Origin: the human T2T-CHM13v2.0 reference genome, Homo sapiens
Length of the DNA: 64,000 nucleotides
NCBI RefSeq assembly: GCF_009914755.1
Contig: NC_060932.1
Strand: one strand, 5' to 3'
Below are positions 39,901 through 54,121 of this stretch, piece after piece. Positions within the stretch are counted from its first letter, which is position 1. Every line of letters starts with the position of its first letter. The notes below the pieces were generated by a model. It did no database searches. It was not told where the DNA came from and worked only from the letters and a program-made list of their open reading frames with translations. The position numbers and the translations under genes were made by a program.

Positions 39901-42900
39901 TGAGGCCTATAGTGAAAACCAAATATCTTGTGATGAAAACTAGAAAAAAAGCTATCTGTGAAAATGCATTGTGATTAGTTAAACTTTTCTTTTTATTCTG
40001 CATGTTTTAAACACTTTTTATGTAGAATTGACAAAGGACATTTCAGATCATATTGAGGCATGTAGTAAAAAAAAATCATGTGATAAAAACTAGAAACAAG
40101 CTATCTGTAAAATGCTTTGAGATGTCTGAATTCATGTCACAGACATAAACCTTTTCTTTGGTTCATCAGGTTAGAAACTCTCTTTTTGTAGGATCTAGGA
40201 AGGGATATTTTGGAGCCCATTGTGGCCTAGAGTGAAAAACTGAATATTTTGTGATAAAAACTAGAAAGAAGCTATCTGTGAAATGCTTTGTGTTGTGTGG
40301 ATTCTTCTCACAGAGGTAAACCTTTCTTTTGATTGAGCAGATTGGAAACACTCTTTTTGTAGAATCTACAAAGGGACATTTTGGAGCCCTTTGAGACCTA
40401 TAGTGAAAAAACGAATATCTCTCAATAAAAACTAGAAAGAGGTTACATGTGAAACCACTTTGTGAGGTGTGGATTTATCTCACAGAATTAATCCCTTCTT
40501 TTAATTCAGCAGGATTGAAACACTTTTTGTAGAATTGAAGAATGGACATTTCAGAGCCCATTGAGGCCAGTAGTATAAAACCAAATATCCTATGATAAAA
40601 CCTAGAAAGAAGCTATGTGTGAAATTGCTTTGTGATGTGCTGATTCATCTGACAGAGTTAAGCCTTTCTTTTGATTCAGCAGGTTGGAAATACTTGTTTT
40701 GTGGAATCTATGAAGGAATATTTCAGAGCGCTATAAGCATGTTGAGGCTTATAGTGAAAAATCAAATATCACACAATAAAAACTAGGAAGAAGCTATCAG
40801 TGAAACTGCTTTGTGATGTGTGGATTCATCTCACAGAGATAAAACTTTCTTTTGGTTCAGAAAGTTGGAAACATTCTTTTTGTATAAACTATGAAGGGAC
40901 ATTTTAGAGCCCATTAAGGCCTATAGTGAAAAACTGAATACCACGTTATAAAAACTAGAAAGAATATGTCTGCTAACTGCTTTCCAATATGCAGATTCAT
41001 CTCAGAGATAAACTTTTTTTTTTATTCAGCAGGTTGGAAACATATGTTTTGTAGAATCTTGGAAAAGACATTTCAGAGCCCATTGAGGCATACAGTGAAA
41101 AACCAAATTTCCCACGATAAAAACTAGAAAGAATGTACCAGAAAGAAGCTACTGTTAAGCTGCTTCACAGTGTGTGGATACATCCTAGAGAGTTAAATTT
41201 TCTTTTGATTTGGCAGATTGGAAACAGTATTTTGTAGAATCTATGAAGGGACATGTCACCAGCCCATTGAGGCTTATAGTGAAAAACAAAATATCCCATG
41301 ATAAACACTAGAAAGAAGCTGTTTATGAAACTGCTGTGTGACATGTAGATTCATCTGACAGTGTTAAGCATTTTTTTTTTATTCAGCACGTTGGAAACAA
41401 TCTTTTTGTAAAATCTAAGAAGGGATATTTCAGAGCCCATTGAGGCCTATAGTTAAAATTCCAATATCCCACAATAAACACTAGAAAGAAGTTATCTGTG
41501 AAAATGCTTTGTGATGTGTGGATTCATCTCACACATTTAAACCTTTATTTTGATTAAGCAGGTTGGAAACAATCTTTTTGTAGAATCTATGAAGGGATAT
41601 TTTGGAGCCCATTGAGGCCAACAGTGGAAAACTGAATATCCTGAGATAAAACTACAATCTGTGAAAACACTTTGTGATGTGTGAATTTGTCTCACAGATT
41701 TAAACCTTTCTTTTGATTCAGCAGATAGGAAACACTCTCTTTGTAGAATCTATGAAGAAACATTTTGGAGCCTATTGAGGCCTATAGTGAAAAATGAAAT
41801 ATCTTACATTAAAAATTAGATAGAAGCTATCTGTGAAAAAGCTTTGGGATGTGTGGATTCATCTCATAGTGTTAAACAAGTTTTTTTATTCAGCAGATTG
41901 GAATCACTCTTTTTGTAAAATCTAAGAAGGGATATTTCAGAGCTCATTGAGGACTCTAGTTAAAAACACAATATCCCATGATAAGCACTGGAAAGAAGTT
42001 ATCTGTGAAAACGCTTTGCAATGTGTGGATTCATCTCATAAAGTTAAATATTTCTTTTGAGTAAGCAGGTTAAGAACAATCTTTTCATGGAATCCACAAA
42101 GAGATATTTTGGAGTTCATTGAGGCCAACAATAAGAAACCGAATATCCCATAATCAAACTAGCAAGAATCTATCTGTGAAATCACTTTGTGATGTCTGGT
42201 TTCATCTCACAGAAATAAACTTTTTTTTTTAGCAAATTGGAAACACTATTTTTGTAGAATCTGCAAAGGGGCATTTCAGAGACCATTGAAGAATACAGTG
42301 AAAAACCACATTCCACAGGAAAAAAAAAAAACACTAGAAAGAAGCTCTCTGTGAAACTGCTTTGTGATGTGTGGATTTATCTGGCTGAGGTAAGCCATTC
42401 TTTTGATTCAGCAGGTTGGAAGCACTCTTTTTGTAGAATCTACAAAGGGACATTTTGAATCTTATTGAGGCCTATACTGAAAAACCAAATATCCCACGAT
42501 AAAAACTAGAAAGAAGCTTTCTGTGAAACTGCTTTGTGATGTGTGGGATCATCTCACAGATTTAAATCATTCTTTTGATTCTGCAGGTTGGAAACCCTCT
42601 TTTTGTTTAATGTACAAAAGGACATTTTGGAGCCCATTGAGGCCTACAGTGAAAAATTGAATATCCCGTGATAAAAACTTGAAAGACGTTATCTTTGAAA
42701 CTGCTTTGTGATGTGTGGATACATCTCACAGTGGTAAACCTTTCTTATGATTCAGCAGGTTGCAAACACTGTTTTTGTAGAATCTGCGAATGGACAATTC
42801 AGAGACTATTGAGGCCTATGGGGAAAAACTGAATATCCCACCATAAAAACTAGAAAGAAGCTATCTGTTAAACTGCTTTGCAATGGGTGGATTCATCTCA

Positions 42901-45900
42901 AAGAGTTAAACCTTTCTTTCAATTCAGCAGGTTGAAAATCATTTTTTTGTACAATGTACAAAGGGACATTTTGGAGCCCATTGAGGAGTATAATGTGATA
43001 AAAACTAGAAAGAAGCTATCTGTGAAACTGCTTTGTGATGTGTGTATTCATCTCACAGAGTTAAACCTTTGTTTTGATTCACCATGTTGGAAACAATCTC
43101 TTTGTAACGTCTACAAAGGCACATTTCAAAGCCCATTTAGTCCAACAGTGAAAAATCAAATGTCTCATGATAAAAAGTAGAAAGAAGCTAGTTGTGAAAC
43201 CACTTTGTGATGTATGGATTCATCTCATTTAGTTAAACTTTTTTGTGATTGAGCAATTGGAAATATTCTTTTTGTAGAATCTATGAAGGGACATTTTATA
43301 GCCTGTTGAGACCGATAATGAAAAACAATAACCCACATTAAAACTAGAAAGAAGCTATCTGAGAAACTGCTTTGCAATATGTTGGTTCACCTCACAGATT
43401 TAAACCTTTCTTTTTATTCAGCGCTTTGAAAACATTCTTCCTTTTAGAATCTAGAAAGGGACATTTTGGAACCCATTGAGGCCTATAATAAAAAACAATA
43501 TCCTGTGATAAAAACTAGAAAGAAGCTCAGTGTGTAACTGTTTTGTGATGTGTGGATTCATCTCTCAGAGTTAAACATTTCTTTTAATGCAGCAGGTTGG
43601 AAACACTCTTTTTGTAGAATCTACAAAGAGGCATTTTGGAGGCCATTGAGGTGTATAGTGAAAAATTGAATGTCCCACAATCAAAAGTAGAAAGAAACAA
43701 TCGGTGAAATGCTTTGTGCTATGTGGATTCACCTCACAGTGTTAAACCTTTCTTTTGATTCAGGAGGTGGGAAACACTCCTTTTGTAGAGTCTATAAAGG
43801 TGTATTTCAGAGCCCACTGAGGCCTATAATTAAAAACCGAATATCCTGAGATAAAAACCAGAAAGAAGCTACTTCTGAAATTGCTTTGTGATGGGTGGAT
43901 TTATCTGATAAAGTTAAACATTTCTTTTGATTCTGCAGCTGGAAACCCTTTTGTTGCACACTCTACAAGGGATATTTCAGAGCCCATTGAGGACTATATT
44001 GAAAACCCAAATATCCTGTGATAAAAACTAGAAAGCCGCTATCTGGAAACCACTTTGCAATGTGTGGGTTCATCTCAGAGATAAACCTTTTTTTTAATTT
44101 ATTTAGCAGGTTGGAAACAATCTTTTTGTAGAATGTAAATTTCAAAGCCCACAGAGGCCTACGTTGAAAAACCGAATATTCTGTGATAAAAACTAGAAAG
44201 AAGCTACGTATGAAACGGCTTTGTGATTGGTGGATTCATCTCAAAAAAGTTAAGCATTCCTTCTTTTGAAAGCCCTATTTTGGTAAAATCTACAAAGGAA
44301 CATTTTGGAGCTCATTGATGCCTATAGTAAAACAACAAATATCCCATGATAACAATTAAAAAGAAGCTACCTCTGAAACCATTTTGTGATAGGTGAATTC
44401 ATCACACAAAGTTAAGCATTTATTTTGATTCAGCAGGTTGGAAACACTTTTTTTGTACAATCTACAAAGGGACATTTCAGAACCAATTGAAGCCTATGGT
44501 GAAAAACCGAATATCCCTGGATAAAAACTAGAAAGAAGTTATCTGTGAAACCACTTTGTGTAGATTCATCTCAAAGGGTTAAACATTTCTTTTGACTCAG
44601 GAGGTTGGAAACACTGAGTAGAATCTTCAAAGAGACATTTCAAAGCTATAGTGAAAAACCTAATATCCCGTGATAAACACTAGAAAGAAGCTTCCTCTGA
44701 AACTGCTTTTTGATGGCCAGATTTATCTCACAAAATTAAATGTTTCTTTTGATTCTACAGGATGGAAACCCTTTTTTTGCACCCTCTACATAGGTACTTT
44801 TCAGAGTGCATTGAGATCTATAGTGAAAAAGTGAATACTTCACGATATAAAGTAGAAAGCATCTATCTGTGAAACCGTTTTGTGATGTGTGGATACATCT
44901 CACAGAGACAAACGCTTCTTTTGATTCAGCACATTGGAAACACCATTTTTGTAGAATCTGTGAAGGGACATTACAGAGCTCATTGAGGCCTATAGGGAAA
45001 AACCTAATATCCCACCATAAAAACTAGAAAGAAGCTATCTGTGAAACTTCTTTGCGATATGTTGATTCAGCTCACAGAGTTAAACCTTTCCTTTTATTCA
45101 GCAGGTTGGAGACACCCTTTTTGTAGAATCTGCGAGGGGACATTTCGGAGCCTATTGAAGCCTACAGGAAAAAACCAAATATCCCATGATAAAAACTAGA
45201 AAGAAGCTATCTGTGAAACCACTTTGTGATGTGTGGATTCATCTCAGAGTTAAACCTTTCTTGCTATTCAGCAGGTTGAAAACACATTTTTTGTAGAATC
45301 TTTGAATGCACATTTCAGAGCACATGGTGGCCTATAGCAAGAAACTGAATATCGGATGATAAAAACTAGAAAGAAGCTATCTGTCAAACTGCTTTGTGAT
45401 GTATGGATTCATGTCACAAAGTTCATTCTTTCCTTTGATTCAGCAGGTTGGAAACACTGTTTTTGTAGAGTCTGTGAAGAGACATTTTGAAGCCTATTCA
45501 GGCTTTTAGGAAAAAATCAAATATCCCCTGATAAAAACTAGAAAAAAGCTATCTGTGAAATAGTTTTGTGATGTGTGGATTCTACTAATGGAGTTAAACT
45601 GTTTTTTAAATTAAGCAGGTTGGAACACTCTTTTTGTAGAATCTGTGAAGGGACATTTTGGAACCCATTGAGGCCTATATAGGAAAACCAAATATCCTGT
45701 GATAAAAACTACAGAGGAATTATCCATGAAACTGCTTTGTGATGTGTGGATTCATCTCACAGAGTTAAACATTTATTTTGATTCAGCAGGTTGAAAACAT
45801 GCTCTTAAGAATCAGTGAAGTGACATTTTGGAGCTCTTTGAGGACTATAGGGGAAAAAAATCCCATGATAAATACTAGAAAGAAGCTATCTGTGAAACCC

Positions 45901-48505
45901 CTTTGTGATATGTGGATTCATCTCACAGAGTTAATCCTTTCTTCTGATTCAGAATGTTGGAAACACCCTGTTTATAGACTCTATGAAGGGAAATTTTGGA
46001 GGCCATTTAGTCCTACAGGCAAAAACTGAATATCCCAAGATAAAAACTAGAAAGAAGCTATCCGTGAAACTGCTTTCTGAAGTTTGGATTCATCTAAAAA
46101 AAAAAAACTTTCTTTTGATTCAGCAGGTTGGAAACACTCTTTTTATAGGATCTGAGATGGGACATTTCAGAGCCCATTGTGGCATACTAGGCAAACTGAA
46201 TATACCATGATAAAAACTAGAAAGAATCTATCTGTGAAACTGCTTTGCAATGTGTGGACTCATATCACAAAGTTAAACCTTTCCATTGATTCAGCATGTT
46301 GGAAAAACTCTTTTTGTAGAATCTGTGAAGGGACATTTGGGAGCCCATTGAGGCCTATAGGGAAATATTGAATATCCCATGGTAAAAACTAGAAATAAGC
46401 TATCTGTGAAAATTCTTAGTGATGTGTGGATTTATCTCATAGAGTCAAAGTGTTCTTTTGATTCAGCCCATTGGAAACTGTTTTTTTATAGAATCTACAA
46501 AGGCACATTTCAGAGTCCATTGATGCCTATAGAGAAAAACCGAATATTATGTAATGTAAACTAGAAAGAGTCTATCTGTGAAATCACACTGCAATGCGTG
46601 GATTCAACTCACAGAGGTAAACCTTTCTTTTGATTCAGCAGGTTGGAAACACTCTTTTTGTAAAATCTATGAAGGGATCTTTCAGAACCCATTGAGGCCT
46701 ACAAAGAAAAACCAAATATCCCATGATAAAAACAAAAAAGAAGCTATTTATAAAACTGCTTTGTGATGTGTGGATTCATCTTACAGAGTTAAATGTTTTT
46801 GTGATTCAGTGGTTTGGAAACACTCTTTTTGTAGAATCTGCAAAGGGACATTTTGAGGCCATTGAGGTGTATAGGGAAAAACCAAATATCCCACAATAAA
46901 AAATTGAAAAAAGCTATCTGGGAAACTGCTTTGCAATGTGTGAATTCATCCCACAGAGTTAAATCTTTCATTTGATTCAACAGGTTGGAAACTCTCTTTT
47001 TGTAGAATCTGCAAAGGAATATTTTGGAGTCCATAGAGGCCTGTAGGGAAATACTGAATATCCCAGGTAAAAACTAGAAATAAGCTATCTGTGAAAATGC
47101 TTAGTGATGTGAGAATTTATCTCACAGAATTAAAACTTTCTTTTGATTCAGCAGGCTGGAAGCACTCTTTTTGTAGAATCTGTGAGGGGATATTTCAGAG
47201 CCAATTGAGCCCTACAGGAAAAACTGAATACCCTGTGATAAAAAAACAAGAAAGGAGCTATCTTTGAAACCGCTTTGTGATGTGTGGATTTATCTCACAG
47301 AGCTAAAGCTTTCTTTTTATTCAGCAGGTTGGAGACATCCTTTTTGTAGAATCTGCAAGGGGACATTTCAGACCCTATCGAGGCCTACAGGGAAAAACTG
47401 AATATCTCGCCATAGAAACTAAAAAGAAGCTATCATCTGTGAAAACACTTTGTGATGTTTGGATTTATCTCACAGAGTTAAACCTTTCTTTTGATTCAGC
47501 ACTTTGTAAACACTCTTTTTGTAGAATCTGTGAAGGGACATTCTGGAGAAAATTTTCTGGAGAAAATTCTGGAGAAAATTGTTTCTGTGAAACCGCATTG
47601 CTATGTTTGCATTCATCTCACAGAGTTAAACCTTTCTTTGGATTCAGCAGATTGGAAATACATTTTTGTAGAATCTGCAAAGGGTCATTTCAGAGCCCAT
47701 TGAAGTCTACAGTGAAAACCCAATTATCCCATGATAGAAACTAGAAAGAAGCTGTGAAACCACTTTGTGATGTGTGGATTCATCTCACAGAGCTTAATCT
47801 TTCTTTTGATTCAGCCAGTTGGAAACACTCTTTTGGTAGAATCTGCAACAGGACATTTCAAAACCTATTGAGGCCTATAGGGAAAAACTGAATATCCTGT
47901 GACAAAAGCTAGAAAGAAGCTATCTGTCAAACCGCTTTGAAATGTGTAGATTCATCTCACAGGATTAAACCTTTCTTTTGACTCAGCAGGTTTTAAACAC
48001 TCTTTTTGTAGAATGTGTGAAGGGATATTTTGTAACCCATTGAGGTCTATAAGGAAAAACTGAATATACTGCAAAACAACTAGAAAGAAGCTGTATGAGA
48101 ATTTGTATTGTGATGTTGGGATTTCTCTCACAGAATTAAGCCTTTCTTTTGATTCTGTGGTTGGAAAGACTCTTTTTGTAGAATCTGTGAAGGTACATTT
48201 TGGAATCCATTGAGGCCTATAGTGAAAAATGCAATATCCCGCTATGAAAACTGAAAAAAAAAAGCTGAATGTGAAACAGCTTTGTGATGTGTGCATTCAT
48301 CTCCCAAATTTAGGCCTTTCTTTGGATTCAGTAGTTTGGAAATACTCTTTTTGTATAATCTTCAAAGGGACATTTAGGAGCCCATTGAGGCCTATAGTGA
48401 AAAACTGAATATCCTGCAACAGAAACAAGAAAGAAGGTATTTGTGAAACTGCTTTCCAATATGTGGATTTACAAAGAATCTATGTGGGAAACTGCTTTGC
48501 AGTGT
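27951..48505 (+). repeat. Monomeric alpha satellite, forward orientation, different monomer type(s)
   Basis: Units carry cttttgattcagcaggttggaaacactctttttg and gagccca(c/t)tgagg. The last recognisable alphoid sequence is gggaaactgctttgcagtgt, ending ~48505. Confidence 0.95.
37435..38004 (+). mobile_element. Solo LTR of a class II ERV (HERV-K group), most like LTR14 of HERV-K(C4)/HML-10
   Basis: 570 bp with TG...CA ends (tgtaggg...caaca), a perfect 6-bp TSD catttc (37429-37434 and 38005-38010) and aataaa at ~37842. The 5' part (ggccataaaaatataggacaataag...ggaaagtcacaggaggcctctgag) resembles recalled LTR14. The family call is less certain than the LTR call. Confidence 0.85.
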
Positions 48506-48949
48506 CTGCTCCAGCCCCAGGGTAGAGCTTTGCCTGAAGTGAGTCTGGGTGTTTTCCCATCTCTGTGACTACTTGCTGCTCACCCACTTTCCATTCACAG
48601 TGGTCACAAATACCCAGAATACTTATTTCTCTGCCTTTCATCTTAGACAACTTTGAATATCATTGTTTGAAATTAGACTTATTACTCAGTCTAAAATTGA
48701 GAGCACATGTTTAGACTGCTTAATCAGATTAGGTTAATAAATATGTATTTTAAACTGTATTTGAACACACTAAGTACTGAGGAGTTTAAGCAAGCAAAAA
48801 TATGCAAATAAATGTTAAATTTAGATAAAGTTTAATACAATGCATGATGCTACAAATAAGCAGACAGAATAAGCCCAAATTGAAGAAGTAATGATGTAAT
48901 GTACTTTGTGCATTACAAGTGAATGGCATTTCTAAGTGTCAATGTCTTG

Positions 48950-49759
48950 GTAAAAACAGCAATTTGTTCCCTATCCTCCTGCCCCAATCTAAGGAATGGG
49001 AGGTTTGCTTGAGAGAAGCAGAGAATACACACGGTATAATAAAGTCTTACACTATTTGTTGATGAGAACTTTTATGCCTCACCTTCTGCCCCATATGTGG
49101 GCGAACTGATAAGAAACCCTGGGTACTTAGACCTTTGGGTCCAGCAGAAAATTCAAATTACACAAGTGTATTAGTCCGTTTTCATGCTGCTATAAAGAAA
49201 TGCCCAAGACTGGGTAATTTATTAAGAAAGAGGTTGAATTGACTCACAGCATGGCTGGAGAGGCATCAGGATACTTACAATCATGGTGGAAGGGGAAGGA
49301 ATACAGCCTCATTCACATGGAGGCAGGAAGGAGAACAATGAGAGCCAAGCAAAGGAGCTCCTTATAAAACCATAAGATCTCATGAAAGCTTACTCATTAT
49401 CACGAGAATAGCATGAGGAAACATCCCCGTGATTCAGTTACCTCCCACCAAGTCCCTCCCACAACAAGTGGGGATTGTGGGAACTACAATCCAAGATGAG
49501 ATTTGGGTGGGGACAGAGCCAAACCATATCGACAAGCCTCTGCCTATGTGCAATCCCAATCTAATCCCAATCCCACCCACTAACCACCATAAAAACTCCA
49601 AGCCATTCTTTTTTCTCTCTCTCAAGCCTCACTCTCCTCAGAAAGCCTCCTTGTATAAGAAACATTTCACACCTTGTGTGTATGTAGCATCATTGATCTT
49701 GACATCAAAACTAAATTGTAGTTGGGGGCCATTTCTGCTTCTGTGGGGTGGTAACAACA
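48950..49759 (+). mobile_element. Old LTR fragment, probably ERVL class (MER54/MER74-like), split by the THE1 insertion
   Basis: TATA-like cataaaaa at ~49588 and an LTR-like end ...ggggtggtaacaaca. Family is from memory only and the left boundary is approximate. Confidence 0.45.
49167..49531 (-). mobile_element. THE1 (MaLR) solo LTR, THE1C/D-like
   Basis: 365 bp from tgtattagtccgttttc to ggggacagagccaaaccatatc, the reverse complement of THE1 ends. 5-bp TSD acaag at 49162-49166 and 49532-49536. Confidence 0.92.
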
Positions 49760-50927
49760 TATAGTATATTGGAATAGAAGAGACACATTCTTACCCCAGG
49801 ACCCCAAGGATTAGAACTCTTCAGTAGCAATAAAGCAAAGGAGGTCATGGTGGGTAGCAGAAATTATCCCAAAGTGTTTGAGTAGGACTGGTGAAGGTGT
49901 AGTTTATTCAGAGTTTATCTACCCTCTCTGCCATGCACTGTTATTATGAAACTGATACATTTTTGCTATGGATGCTGATGACCATCCCCTGAGTCTGAAC
50001 AGTTTTGTTGGAGGAAAACCAAAGAGAAGCAAAATGTATCTCTGCTCTTCATTGCTTCCACACAAAGCAGGAAAAATCCAGCCAGAAGTGCATAGTTGGG
50101 ACATGTATGCTGCAAACAGAGATTATTTTGTCACAAGAGAGAGACTTTTTCATGTTGCCTATAATCTTAGGTTACCTTTCCTAAAACTTCACACAAAATG
50201 ATTGATAATTATTCATTGCTTGGCTGAAATATTTCCATAATATTGGCAGGTTTGATGAGATGAAAACTGCAGACTGTGAAGTCAAGCTTATCAGATTAAA
50301 ATCCAGTTTGCCAACTGAAAGGCAAGTGTTCTCCAATTTGATGAATATGTGGAATAGAAAAATTGCTTTGTCTCAAATATATAGAATACTGCATTTGATA
50401 AATAGAGAACAAACATCCTCCACAGAAAAAAAACTGATAAAAATGCATTTCATTTTCACTTTAAAATGCTTTAGAAGCAATGCATTGGATAGTATACTAA
50501 GAGTACACCACAAGTGCTTTCTCTTCTTTTTTTTCAATATTTTATTATTCTCATTTTTCTTCTGAATCTCAGAAGCTGAGCATGCAACAGCTCTGAAAGA
50601 TGAAAAGACAACAAATTATTCTTTTCTGTGTTTTGTAATTTTACAAGCCATTCTGTATCCGTTTATTTATTTCCTGCTAGTGACTAAATGAATGTCTTCA
50701 ATGTCTCTTTACAGATGAGAACCCAGGAGATAGGTAGAAAAGAACTTTATCAGTGATCATCACCAACAAGTGATTACTCAGCATCCTCCATGGTCATGAC
50801 AAGATATAGATGACAGGAATTAAGAGTGGGTTAATCCAGAGAATATTACCCTTCCTGTAAAGCTGGAAGTTGTCTTCTGGGATAGAGATGTTTATAAGAA
50901 CAGAGATAGAAATATTTAAGTAATTTT

Positions 50928-51269
<342 letters not shown>

Positions 51270-51499
51270 CTAGTAGTTGCTATGCCTTATTCACTCCACC
51301 ATGTAACATAGTACCTAGTATGTAGTAGGCATGTAACAAATGCAAAAGGAAATAAATATGTGAATTAGAATCATTAAGTAATTTTACTGGCAATCAAAAT
51401 TATTTTCTATTAACACTAATAAATTAAAGATGGCGATAGCTATATCATTCTATTGTTAAAATTAGTCTGAGAAGCATGCTCTGAATTACACAAACAGAA

Positions 51500-52100
51500 A
51501 AATGCTCACTGAAAATAACTATGAAGAACATTTGTATACATCCCCCTGGATACCTGGATAAGAGTTTCTCTAGGATATATTTTCAGCATTGGAGGTACGG
51601 TGTTGTGGGGATTCTTATCTTTAACTTTTCTAAACACTGCCAATTTACTTTCCAAAACTGTTGTACAAATTTAAACTTCCTCAAGCCAACAAAAAAGATA
51701 TTCATCAATCCACATCTTTGCTAACACTTGGGCTCATTAGGTTTTTCAAATTTTTATAGCATGATGTGCACTGTTCTTGTAGTTTTATTTGCATTTTTTT
51801 TATTTCTAGTGAGATGGAGCATCTTTTAATATTTTATTACTCACTCAAGTTTACTCTTCTGCTCTTAAATTATCTCACAATTTTTTCCTCATTTTTATAC
51901 TGAGGGTTTTTTTAATCTTCTTTCTATTGATTTGTAGGAGTCTTTTTATGCATCTGGAATACCAACACTCTGTTGGTTATATATACTGAAAATAAATTCA
52001 GTAGATTATCTTTTGTATAAGATATTTTTGGTACAGTATTTATTTTAATATAATTGAATCCATTGATCTTTTCATTCACAGTCACAGTAGTATTGTTTGT
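51500..52100 (-). mobile_element. Ancient L1M fragment (3' part of ORF2)
   Basis: Degenerate antisense L1 motifs: ttccaaaactgttgtacaaattta, gttttatttgcatttt, gagcatctttt, tttgtaggagtcttt. Boundaries are approximate. Confidence 0.6.
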
Positions 52101-52331
52101 AAAAATTAAAAAAAGGAAGCATTCTATTAATATATCATGAGGAAAATGGAAAAATAAATACATTTAGATATATTCAAACAATGTAATTTTATGTAGCAGT
52201 GAATTAGAGCTATACATATAAACATAGATAAATATAATAAACAGAACATTGAATGAAAAACACAAGGTGAAGAAGACAAAAAGCAATATAAATGTACATA
52301 AACTTTAAAAAACTTTTAAAAAGATTTAACG

Positions 52332-52655
52332 GGCCAGGCACAGGGCTCACATGTATAATTCCAGCACTTTGGGAGGCTGAGGTAGGCAGATGGCTTGAGT
52401 CCAGGTGTTTGAGACCATCCTGAGTAACATGGTAAAACACTATCTCTACAAAAAATTCAAAAATTAGCCAGGTGTGGTGGCACATGCCTGCAGTCCCAGC
52501 TACCTGGAAAGCTGAGGTGTGAGGATCACCTAAGCCCAGGGAGGTAGAGGCTGCAATGAGCCATGATTGCGCCACTTCACTACAGTCTGAATGACAGACT
52601 GAGACCTTGTCTCTAAAAAATAAAGTAAAGTAAAATAAAATAAATTAAAATAAAA
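52332..52655 (+). mobile_element. Alu SINE, AluJ-like
   Basis: J-type features (ctctacaaaaaat, gaggatcacctaagcccagg, ggctgcaatgagccatgat, gagaccttgtctc) and a (taaaa)n tail. Confidence 0.9.
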
Positions 52656-53121
52656 TGATTCAACATAAAGTATAAAGAAACATATGAGAAAACAAACTTC
52701 AAAGTCAGGCTTATCATGCAGTTCTTTGAATGTCTTCATATTTTTGCATGTTGAAATAATAAAGTTGTTGAATGCAGCAGCAGTTCTGGTGTCACTTTCT
52801 CTAGTGAGCTAGATCAGGCTTCCCCTGCAGCCACGTTGAAGAAACTTGCAGTTGGCACTTATCCTTCACCATCCATTCCTAAAAGGGGGTCTTTCAGACT
52901 GAGAAGACTGAGATCATTGCCAATACTCAGCCACATTATGCTGCCTTTACAGATATAACGTGATCGATCACTGATACTGCAAATAGTCAAGCTACAATGA
53001 ACTCCACAATATGATTCTTAGGGCCAAATGTATACTTGGACAACGATTTGATTACTCAACTCTCCAGTAAGACAAGCAGTGTAGGTAGAGTATAAAAAGG
53101 AGATTAAAAATTTCTGGCTGG

Positions 53122-53400
53122 GGCCAGGTGCTGTGGCTCATGCCTGTAATCCCAGCACTTTGGGAGGTTGAGGTGGGAGGATCACTAGAGATCAGGAGTT
53201 GAAGACCAGTCTGGTCACATGATGAAACCCTGCCTCTACTAAAAATACAAAAATTGGTAGAGTGTGGTGGCATGCACCTGTAATCCCAACTACTTGGGAA
53301 GCTGAGGCATGAAAATCCTTTGAACCTGAGAGGCGGAAGTTGTAGTGAGCCGAAATTGCACTAGTGTACTCCAGCCTGTGTGACAGAGCAAGACTCTGAA
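53122..53400 (+). mobile_element. Alu SINE (AluS-like)
   Basis: Dimeric Alu from ggccaggtgctgtggctcatg to gcaagactctg; its tail has become the following purine repeat. Confidence 0.9.
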
Positions 53401-53550
53401 AAAGGAAAGATGGAAGGAAGAAAGGAAGGAAGAGAGGGAGGAAGGGGGGGAGGGAGGGAGGGACAGAGAGAGAGAGAAAGAAGAAAGAAAGAAAGAGAGA
53501 AGAAAGAAAGAAAGAAAGAAGAAAGAAAGAAGGAAGGAAGGAAGGAAGGA

Positions 53551-53606
<56 letters not shown>

Positions 53607-53632
53607 AAAGAAAGAAAGAAAGAAAGAAAGAA

Positions 53633-53668
<36 letters not shown>

Positions 53669-53694
53669 AGAAAGAAAGAAAGAAAGAAAGAGAA
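53401..53694 (+). repeat. Purine-rich compound microsatellite (GGAA/GGGA/GA/GAAA)n derived from an Alu tail
   Basis: About 290 bp of almost pure A/G directly after the Alu 3' end. Confidence 0.95.
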
Positions 53695-53707
53695 TTAATT
53701 AATTTCT

Positions 53708-53997
<290 letters not shown>

Positions 53998-54062
53998 TAT
54001 ACGTATATATATGTGTGTGTGTGTGTATATATATATATACACACACACACACACGCACACAG

Positions 54063-54119
<57 letters not shown>
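53998..54119. repeat. Alternating purine-pyrimidine compound microsatellite (TA/TG/CA), ending in (TA)26
   Basis: (TG)7(TA)7(CA)7 at 54012-54053 and (TA)26 at 54068-54119, read directly. Confidence 0.95.

Positions 54120-54120
<1 letters not shown>

Positions 54121-54121
<1 letters not shown>

Noticed and set aside
50680-50740. Possible splice acceptor (tgtctctttacag) and a 19-bp micro-exon ending at gtagaa
   Set aside because: The donor is weak, there are no supporting neighbouring exons, and such motifs arise often by chance; RNA evidence would be needed.
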